In this document: positions 12,520 to 21,858 of the stretch, one piece after another
How positions within the stretch are numbered: position 1 is the first letter of the stretch
Layout: each line of letters opens with the position of its first letter
Assembly (NCBI GenBank): GCA_037447605.1
Contig: CM074821.1
Span: forward strand, 930,001 to 994,000
Source: Zygnema circumcarinatum SAG 698-1b
Lineage: Eukaryota > Plantae > Zygnematophyceae
DNA length: 64,000 bases
Direction: 5' to 3'
Program-made: the position numbers and the translations under genes
The notes under the pieces: generated by a model
Databases searched by the model: none
Seen by the model: the letters and a program-made list of their open reading frames with translations, nothing else
What the model was told of the DNA's origin: nothing

Positions 12520-15406
12520 ACTTCATTTTGTTGAACTACTTTCTTCTTTTGGGGCGAAATTCAGGCTGTGCATTCCATTGCCCCGGGTGCTACTTTGCAC
12601 TTTTTCGCTGCGAGCTCTCCTTCGGATGCAGATGTGATCGCGGCCTTAGAGGCAGTTGTGGACTCGGGGGTTGCATCCATTGTCAGCAATTCATATGGTC
12701 ACATTGTTCCCCCCACATGGTATCAGAGTGCTGCAGCCACTCTGAACCAGAATCAGGTAAGCCCCACCGACCCTTCACTTCAAAACCGTAAATTTTATAA
12801 AGGCTTCTGTTCACACGAAGTTGAGGATATTACGTGAAAGTCGTAAATCCTAAAGGACCTTAATGACTGACTTTAAACAGGGTCCGATATACGATAAGCC
12901 CAAAAATTCGTCGTCTAAACTCGGATATCTAGGGACCCTAGAAGTCAATAGCTTCTGATTTTAGAACCCTCCCTATTGTTTTTTTTTCAGCCATGGACAG
13001 ATGTTTTGATCCAAGCCGCAGCTCGTGGAGTCGGTGTCTATTTTTCGAGTGGAGATAATGGGGACGAATCAACGGAAACATCATATAATAATCAACCATT
13101 AACAAATTATCCCGCGAGTGACCCATGGGCAACTGCAGTTGGAGGGACCTCTTTAGGCATAGATGCGAGCAACAAGCGAAACATGGAGGTCTATTGGGGT
13201 AATTATTATAACTCACAGTTTGTCGGAGGAGCAGGGGGCGGCATATCTGAAATTTATGGAGTCCCCTTCTATCAGAAAAGTGGGCCTGCTCAGTCGTTCA
13301 TTAATAAGTACGTGAAGGGTGCGAAGGGGAGAGTAGTGCCGGATATCAGCCTCGTTGGAGACCCCTTTACAGGGTAAGCTGGTTAGCACTTGGTTGTGTT
13401 CCCTCTCTCCCTCACTCTCTGTCACTCTCTCAACCACCTCTCACATTTCTTTTCCCTCAGTTCCCCCTTCTTCCCCCGCCCTGTTTCCCCTTTTTCTTCT
13501 CTCCCTCTCTCTCCCATGACTCTCACCTATCCCTCCATTTTTCCTCTCTCACTTCGCCTCTCTCCCCCTCCCTTCCCATATATTTCGTCTCTGCCCCTCC
13601 CTCCCTCCCTCCCTCCCTCACCTCCCCTCCCTCCCTCCCTCCCTCCCTCCCCTCCCTGCCTCCCTCCCTCCCTCCCTCCCTCCCTCCCTCCCTCCCTCCC
13701 TCCCTCCCTCCCTCTCCTCCCTCCCTCCCTCCCTCCCTCCCTCCCTCCCTCCCTCCCTCCCTCCCTCCCTCCCTCCTCCCTCCCTCCCTCCCTCCTCCCT
13801 CCCTCCCTCCTCCCTCCCTCCCTCCCTCCCTCCCTCCCTCCCTCCCTCCCTCCCTCCCTCCCTCCCTCCCTCCCTCCCTCCCTCCCTCCCTCCTCCCTCC
13901 CTCCCTCCCTCCCTCCCTCCCTCCCTCCCTCCCTCCCTCCCTCCCTCCCTCCCTCCCTCCCTCCCTCCCTCCCTCCTCCTCCCTCCTCCCTCCCTCCCTC
14001 CCTCCCTCCCTCCCTCCCTCCCTCCCTCCCTCCCTCCCTCCCTCCCTCCCTCCCTCCCTCCCTCCCTCCCTCCCTCCCCTCCCTCCCTCCCTCCCCTCCC
14101 CTCCCTCCCTCCCTCCTCCCTCCCTCCCTCCTCCCTCCTCCCTCCCTCCCTCCCTCCCTCCCTCCCTCCCTCCCCTCCCTCCCTCCCTCCCTCCCTCCCT
14201 CCCTCCCTCCCTCCCTCCCTCCCTCCCTCCCTCCCTCCCTCCCTCCCTCCCTCCCTCCTCCCTCCCTCCCTCCCTCCCTCCCTCCCTCCCTCCCTCTCCC
14301 TCCCTCCCTCCCTCCTCCCTCCTCCCTCCCTCCTCCCTCCCTCTCTCCCTCCCTCCCTCCCTCCCTCCCTCCCTCCCTCCCTCCCTCCCTCCCTCCCTCC
14401 CTCCCTCCCTCCTCCTCCCTCCCTCCCTCCCTCCCTCCCTCCCTCCCTCCCTCCCTCCCTCCCTCCCTCCCTCCCTCCCTCCCTCCCTCCTCCCTCCCTC
14501 CTCCCTCCCTCCCTCCCTCCTCCCTCCCTCCCTCCCTCCCTCCCTCCCTCCCTCCCTCCCTCCCTCCCTCCCTCCCTCCCTCCCTCCCTCCCTCCCTCCC
14601 TCCCTCCTCCCTCCCTCCCTCCCTCCCTCCCTCCCTCCCTCCCTCCCTCCCTCCCTCCCTCCCTCCCTCCCTCCCTCCCTCCCCTCCCCTCCCTCCCTCC
14701 CTCCCCTCCCCCCTCCCTCCCTCCTTCCCTCCCTCCCTCCCTCCCCTCCCTCCCCTCCCTCCCTCCCTCCCTCCCCTCCCTCCCTCCCTCCCCTCCCTCC
14801 CTCCCTCCCTCCTCCCTCCTCCCTCCCTCCCTCCCTCCCTCCCTCCCTCCCTCCCCTCCCTCCCCTCCCTCCCCTCCCTCCCCTCCCTCCCTCCCTCCCT
14901 CCCTCCCTCCCCTCCCTCCCTCCCTCCCCTCCCTCCCTCCTCCCTGCACTGCCTTTTCCAGCGAAGAAACAGCGTAGAGAGGGTAGCTAACTCTGTAAGG
15001 GCTCCTGCTTACCAGGTTCGTCTACGGAGGGTCCTCTATATTGCTGGACAATGGTCCGTCGCAGTCTACGGAACAGCGTTACTACCAGCCAGTTTACATG
15101 ACAGGCATCATCGGAGGAACGAGTCTCTCCTGTCCCATAATGGCGGCCTTTGTTGCGCTTGCACAAGAACAAACTGGCAGAAAATTTGGGTTTATAAATC
15201 CCTTACTTTACGGCCTTCCCAACTCTTCCTTTGTTGATATTGTGAAGCCCTCTAATCCCATTCAAGCCAAGATAGGTCAAAACGGCATCTTGACTTTTGG
15301 GGATGCCCAGAAAGGGCTGATTTTGGCTAAGGGGTTTGATTCAGCGACGGGGTTGGGTTCACCGAGTCGATCTTTTTGGTCAGATCTGGCAAAAAATAGT
15401 GTATAA
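9655..15406 (+). CDS. Secreted sedolisin / S53 serine-carboxyl peptidase (signal peptide + pro-kumamolisin-type prodomain + catalytic domain), 7 exons, ~651 aa
   Basis: Exons 9655-9759, 10828-11196, 11494-11763, 12049-12294, 12565-12756, 12991-13373, 15016-15406 join in frame through GT-AG (1956 nt). Motifs: EQTLDIE (catalytic Glu/Asp), [16 protein letters not shown] (oxyanion Asp), [32 protein letters not shown] (catalytic Ser), [19 protein letters not shown] (Ca site). The exon 1 donor could be 6 nt earlier. Confidence 0.93.
10614..10792 (+). repeat. Interstitial telomere-like (CCCTAA)n, ~30 hexamers, in sedolisin intron 1 just upstream of the acceptor
   Basis: Direct reading, with a few CCTTAA/CCTGAA variants. 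Confidence 0.95.
13600..14945 (+). repeat. ~1.35-kb essentially pure C/T (CCCT)n tract in sedolisin intron 6 (13374-15015)
   Basis: Direct reading. It is the source of the spurious 615-aa and 443-aa ORFs. Confidence 0.95.
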
Positions 15407-15983
15407 AAGGTGGGACTGTAAGGGGCATTTTTTCGAAGGGAAGGTGAATTACCTTTCTGGGAGAGGGCAACTCTTTTCGGGGTTACAGTGTCTTTGATAT
15501 TTATTAGGGCATTAGAATTTTGAAGGAACAGTTTCATACGTGTCTTTAATCTCGATTTCCTCACATTCTCTTGCATCCTTAGGGTGAGCCATACATAAAG
15601 AATGAAAGTAGTTGGGAGCAAACTTTCGTTCGACAAATTTTGTAGACTTATCTCTCTCTTTCTTTTTCGTTTATCCTTTATCTTCCCTTTTCCAGACTTT
15701 CTAAACTCTTCCTTCGTTAGCTGCCCGGAGTCTCTGGTAGGGATATATTCGACTATGTATATATTGCCTCGGCATTATTCATTATTGGCAATCGGGTATC
15801 GATAGTACAATTGACTTGGGCGTGTTCAAAATGTGGAAAGTTTTCTCGTCACTCATTTGAAGTTCAAGTTCTGTTTGTGCGAGCGTCTTGAACCTTGACT
15901 GGGCCCTGAAAACCTCAACAGGGGTTCTAAGCGCAACTATGTCCTTTATGCTCGTCTCTACTCATTACTTGCAACCGTGATTG

Positions 15984-16108
15984 TGAGGGTGGTGGTGTTA
16001 AGGGTGTGATGTTGAGGGAGGTGATGTTGAGGGTGGTGATGTTGAGGGTGGTAGTGATGTTAAGAGTGTGATGTTGAGGGAGGTGATGTTGAGGGTGGTG
16101 ATGTTGGC
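15984..16108. repeat. Short minisatellite, ~7 copies of a 15-18-bp GGTGATGTTGAGGG-type unit
   Basis: Direct reading. It lies between the convergent 3' ends of the sedolisin and Cys-rich genes. Confidence 0.8.
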
Positions 16109-16466
16109 TAGGGGCTACAACACAACGGTGATGCTGTCTCAACCCCTTATAACTCCTGAACCCCCAAGAATGTAAAGACTCTAGAATCCCCTTGAAGCCT
16201 TAAATTCTTATGGAGCCGATGTCCTGGGCCTCTCACACTCATATAACATCATCCAAGTCCTCATTATAACGTATTGTACATGCACAGCAAGATTCTCCTT
16301 GCTATGATCCCTTCAGAAACCCTAAAGGTCTAAACTCTAACAAGTAAAAACCATAAATTGCTTTTGAAGGATTTATTTTTCCTGAAGAAGAACGTGTCGT
16401 ATTCACACAAAGGCTGCATACTTCTCCTGCCGCTAGTACATACATTGCAGATAATTCCGAATATTC

Positions 16467-17474
16467 TTATGAATAAGGAGCGGTGTGGCAAGCTTGGAAA
16501 GAAAAGGAGTTCGGAACAGTGGGGTCAAAATTCTCTTCAAGGCTTCCGCGTGCGTCGGAAAATACGCATTGGTCGATCGTAAATCCTTCACAAATTCCTG
16601 CAAAAAACGAAGCAGCTCTTTTTTAATGAAATGGAAGGAAAACCCCTACTTTTCGCCGTCGCCATTCGGTGGTATGAAGCTGGAGAGTCGAGGGTATGCA
16701 AAATCTTCCGAATAGAAATGTAGGGCTTGTGCAATGCAGGCATCCGCAGTGAAGCTAACTTCAAGTCAAAGCCCCAAATAGCTGTAAACCCTAAAACCCT
16801 GAAACCCCAAAACCTGTACACCCTAAAACCGCACATTATTCCCCAACTCCGACTGAAAATCCCTAATTCCAATATTCCAAACCTCCAAATTTCCCAAGTC
16901 CCAACCCCATACCCACATCCCTCAAACCCAAATCCCCTCAAAACCCTAAAACCTAGCCCTAACCCTACACCCTAACCCTAAACCCTAACCCTAAATCTTG
17001 ATTTCACTCACCGACATTATCGGAAGCCGTAAGCCCTGTGTGCTGCCACGTCCAATACTCGCACGTGTCATGATTGGTGCAGAGCGCGCAGCACTGGTCG
17101 ATCATCACTCCGCCCCCTTCCTCTCCCTCTCCCTCTCCCTCTCCCTCTCCCTCTCCCTCTCCCCCAGGGAAGAGAGCGATCCGCGAATATTCGTTGGTGG
17201 TGTAGCCCTCGTGAGGGAGGAGCCTCCCCTTTACAGCTCCGGGGAAGGAGAGGGCGAAGACTGCAGGGAGGTCGGAGAAGGTGGGACACATGGCGCAGCT
17301 GGAGGGGTCGGCGGAGAGGAGGGAGGGGCAGGGGATGGCTGCGGAGGCAGCAGAAGCTCGAGGGAGGGAAGTTGGGGCGGAAAGGAGGAGGAGGAGGACA
17401 AGGAGGGACGGGAGAGCGAGAGGGAGTGCGAGTGGGAGTGGGAAGAGTGACCGGCTGGTAACTTTGGGAGCCAT
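16467..17474 (-). CDS. Small secreted Cys-rich protein with a PAN/apple-like Cys pattern, 2 exons, ~197 aa
   Basis: Exon 1 17474-17012 (MAPKVTSRSLFPLPLALPLALPSLLVLLLLLSAP signal; ...DQCCALCTNHDTCEYWTWQH...DNV), donor GTGAGT. Acceptor TTTTTTGCAG, exon 2 16597-16467 (GICEGFTIDQCVFSDARGSLEENFDPTVPNSFSFQACHTAPYS*). Phase-1 junction is in frame and the protein has 10 Cys. Confidence 0.72.
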
Positions 17475-18594
17475 GGCGATTAGGAACCTTTCGGGGCCTT
17501 TATGGTTATTAAGGCTCGTAGGGCTTTTTGGGTTTCTAGGAATTTCAGAGTTTGCTGCAGTTGGGTTGTTCAGGACTTTTGGGACTTTTCAGGGTTTTTT
17601 CAAAAATATCTTCAAGGTTCAGAAGTAAGCGGCTACAGATGCTTCCTGGTTTTGCAATGGCAGATTGAGGGAGGATGGGTGTGCAGTAAGGGACTGTCTC
17701 GGTCTGGAGAAAAACGGTTAGTTGGCATTCAAAGAATACTTATCGGTTTGGAGATGGGGTTGGCGGTTATGTTCAAAGTACGGCGATGCCGGTATTTCCG
17801 GTATTGCGGTTGGTGGACCCAGTGGATCGCAGTCGCCTTCATGTGAGGTTCGCTTCGTCGAATTCCTAACTGTGACTACAGCTATACTTTAGGAGAAAAT
17901 TTGGCATATGATGTTGTAATATTTTTTTGTATCAATTATGTCAGAATTTGACAATAGAGCAACATGGTCGCACAGTATGCGAGTTTAATCTCGATCACTC
18001 GATGCATAGCGTCTTCCCACCTCACGAAATAGTCTTATTAGAAACGAAGTAAGACTGAAGGTACCCAAAATGAGCCATATGATGGCATGGCATGCCAGGG
18101 GGGGCCATGCATGGCATGCCATATGCCACTCTAAAAATCCTACAACCTTAGAAACCCTAAATGGAAACGTATGAGGAACGTCGACCTCCACAAGCCCACC
18201 ATCGTTCAATGGCCTTTGTATGCACACATGCAAACGGAGGTCATCTGTATTGCGAACCCGAGCATGTAACACACCACATACTTGCAGCTCTGAAACTCTA
18301 CAAACCCTGCAAAGTCTAAAACCCTTGACTAGCTTGAAAACTCTAGTAGATTACATCACAGCAATGGCATCCTCAGGCTCCTCCCATGCCTCCATACATC
18401 CATGGAAGTTCCACAACACTAAAAATCATAAAAGCCCTAAAAAACGCCCTGCCTTCCTCCCTCAAATCGACCCATCCCACTTGTCACCTTAACCCAGTCC
18501 CCCTCCCTCGAAAAATCTCAAGCTCACTCTCTCTCTAAACAACCCCAAAAACAACCCTCTACCGCACTATCGTGCACAAACGCTCTCTCTCCCC

Positions 18595-18624
<30 letters not shown>

Positions 18625-18626
<2 letters not shown>

Positions 18627-21068
18627 ACCACTCTCTCTCTTCAGCACTCGCTATGTCTCTCGCCTCCACAGAATGCTCCGAAAATTCCTTATCACACGTG
18701 TGGCACAAAAAATACATTTCGCTGCTCCGAAAAACGGCCTCCTCCTCCACGTGTGCTGCGCAGCATGCAAGCTCGCATTTAGCACATTTAGGGAGCACCT
18801 CCTCCCAGCACTCCTGACACACGTGGCAGCCACAAAGGGCTAAGCCTTCTCCAAAGGGAATGTTCATACATGTTCCGCACTGAACGCACCGTCGGATGCA
18901 GTTAAGGCACCCTCTGCACTCGGAAAGATTTGAGCCCTACACACACAGGGAGAACGTTCTTTGCTTCAAACATTAGTTAGGAAAGGAAACAGCATTGGAA
19001 GCTGGGCAGAGAGAGAGAGAGCAGGGGAAGAAATACCTTAAAACCTAATCTTTTCAGAAGGTGCGCTTCAAGAGAGAACTGAAAGAAGGTAATGAATATT
19101 ATGGAATGTGCGAGAGGCTCGGCAAGAGAACGGTAAAGGACAGCTTAACCCTAGCCTTTTTCCAAAGGTCGGCTTGCAGAGAGAACAGAAACAGAGTTCA
19201 AATATTATGAGAGCAAAAAGGACCACAAAAGCGAATTTGGCCTCTCCCACCACCCACCTGACTTAGTAACCCTCCTACGAAAGGGGAGTTCACTGCACAG
19301 TCGACACAGTCGAACACCTGTGACACCCTGTCACACCTCGGACAGACCGCTAAATCGATGAGCCTCTCATCCTCCGCCAGCCAATCCCGTCCTTCCACGT
19401 GGTCTCCGTGGGTGTGCAAGAACACCAACTCCCGTTCCTTCAGGAAATGCTTTCTCCTTGCAGAAGTATCACTAGCAGATTCACCCCGTTCTGTTACCTG
19501 AAAAGCATCTGACTTAGCCGCTGCCTTTTCCAGGCCGGTGACAAGAGAACGAAATTGATCGACTGAAATGTTTTCTATAGCGCAAGTGCCCACAAGGCGG
19601 AGTTGGGGGGGTGCTCCACTATCTGCCATACGGGCAGCGTATTCATTTGCAAAGTTTACAATTGTTGGAGCTTCTATACGACGGCATTTCGGCAGATAAA
19701 CCTGTCAAAGAAAGCAAATAAGTCGAGAAAAAGAATCGATTGGTGAAACGGACTCTCTCCTCAATTTTCTATTTCAAGTGAGTTCTCTGAATGCAGCCAG
19801 TATTCTTCACAGCTCCAAAACAAACCTTTTTAAGCTTCCTCAAAGACCAGAATGCGTTAACGCATTCGGGTGTGAGTTTGCAGCACTCTTCCAGAAGGAG
19901 CTCCTCCGTCATACCACACCCCCTTTCAATGAACTTTTGGAGTAATTCGTCGGTAAATCGAGCACTGAGAGGAGGCCGCAAAACGAGGCGCTGCCATAGA
20001 AGCGGGTCCCCTGATATTGCAAGCTGCAACGCATGGCAAACCTGCACAGAACATGTATATTCGCATTCATTCGTAATGGATTCGACGAATCTCTCTCTTT
20101 CTCACTTTCTCTCTCTCACACACACACAAAGTTGAGCCTAGCTAGAATCCTTCAATCCTGTGTGGAGCTAAGCGAAACTTTGGTTTCACATACTATGGAG
20201 TTTTCAGGGATGCATGAAGCATGCGTCCTTTGCAAGGAAGGAGTCTAAATTCTTGAAGACTGTGGGGTCTGAAGGAGAGAATGGTTGATCAAAACATCCA
20301 CCTCAACGAAGTGCAAAGACTCAGATAGAAAAAGGTGGAGAGAGCAGCGTTAGAGGAAGAGCGGGCGGAAGGAGAAGGAGAAAGAGAGAAGCGCCAAGGA
20401 GTGAAGGAGACTAATAAAAAAACAAATATAAAGCAGCATGCAAGGGTGGGGGGAAGGGGGCGCTGGAGAGGTATAAGAGAGAGTGTTTGGAAGGTCAAGA
20501 GAAGCCAGAGAGCGTCGAGTTTGAGAAAAACAGACAGAGGATAGAACAAAAAATTCCATAACCTGCAAAGTACAGCTGGAAGAAAAAGCAATGGATGATG
20601 TATACATGGTTTTCAAAAGTTCGACGTTTCGATCAAATGATGTTTGGAGTTGCTATTAAATGAGGTCGTTGATATTGACATTGAGCTTCTTCAACTAAAA
20701 CGTCTCAGCTCCCGTCTATAAGCAAGCAAATTCATACCCTAAAAGAAAAAATAAGGCACCTGTTCAACAGCCAAAAGCTCGAGCAGGTTCAAGTACGGCA
20801 GAACATAGAACAGAGCCTCGTGCACTGCCGCAATCCCTCTCTCTTCCCTCTCGCCCCCCCCTCCCTTTCCTGTCTCCCCTCTCTCATTTCCTTCCCCTTC
20901 TCCTCGCTCCTCTCCCTCCCTCCCATCCCTTCCCTCCCTTCCCTCTCCCTCTCCTCGTCCGCCTCTACTCCCACTTGTCTCGACCCCTTCACTCTCTTCC
21001 TCCTTCCCTTCATTGCTGCTGAACCCTAGACACGCCTTAGGCCCAGCGAGTGAGAGCTCCGCCGCCAT
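18625..21068 (-). CDS. F-box protein, SKIP14/SKIP28-like, with a Cys-rich C-terminus, ~4 exons
   Basis: HEALFYVLPYLNLLELLAVEQ|VCHAL...DPLLWQRL (F-box), LLLEECCKLT, IDLAVCPRCDRVSQVFDC, final exon RCLNCIRRCVQCG...CQECW...PKCAKC ending at 18625. Exons 21068-20760, 20041-19826, ~19702-19260, ~18935-18625. Confidence 0.85.
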
Positions 21069-21858
21069 GGCCGCCTCGTCCCCTTCTCCCTCCCCTTCCT
21101 CCAAAAATTCTAGGGGTGCTGTGACAGAGAAAGACGTCTCTCTCTTGCCGAGGCGAGTAGGGCACCCGGACGCACTTGCCACGTGGCTAGAAAATATACG
21201 GCCATGTGGCAATGCCACCTCAGGCGACGCCACGTGACAGCCATCGAGCGTCCGCATCATACATGACCGTACGGTGGTAACACTACAGTACAGGACAAAT
21301 AAGTACGGATTGGGTCTGAAACTAGGAGTTCAACTTGTCCTGATTCTGCCGATTCCATCTGCCTATTCCATGGATCCACCACAACTCGTTGATCCTGCCC
21401 TTGCTACGAGGTCCACCTCCAACTACCATTCCGTACTAACTAACGCCAATCTTGAAAGTATCCTTTTTGGACTCCGGTACTGAGCGTACGGACGCGTCAC
21501 CCCCTACTACCGCCACGCCTCGGACGGTTTGGAGCGTCTGTCGGCGGACGCGCCTCCTTGATAGGAAAGGGAGCCAACCCTAAAGTGCGCGGAGCGATGG
21601 TGCGGTATGCTGAGGGGCCGCGTTGGGGCTGCGGTTTTTAGGGTTGCGGGGAGGGAAGGGCAGGCGCTGCTGGGAAGGAGGGGAGGGGGAGGGGGAGGGG
21701 GAGGGGGAGGTGGTAGGGACGGAGGGAGAGGGCGAGGAGGGAGACTGGGAGGAGGGAGAGTGGGAGGAGTGGGAGGGGGAGGGGGAGGAGGAGGAGGAGT
21801 GGGAGGGGGAGGGGGCGGAGGAGGAGTGGGAGGGAGGTGGGGAGGGGAAAGGGTAGTC

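Noticed and set aside
13390-15237. 615-aa (+) and 443-aa (-) ORFs rich in PPSL or GGRE
   Set aside because: Translations of the (CCCT)n intron tract. The flanking sedolisin exons splice cleanly around it.
15927-16142. ORF with repeated LNIT N-glycosylation sequons as a possible third exon of the Cys-rich gene
   Set aside because: Exon 2 of that gene already stops at 16467, and the pattern is a by-product of a minisatellite.
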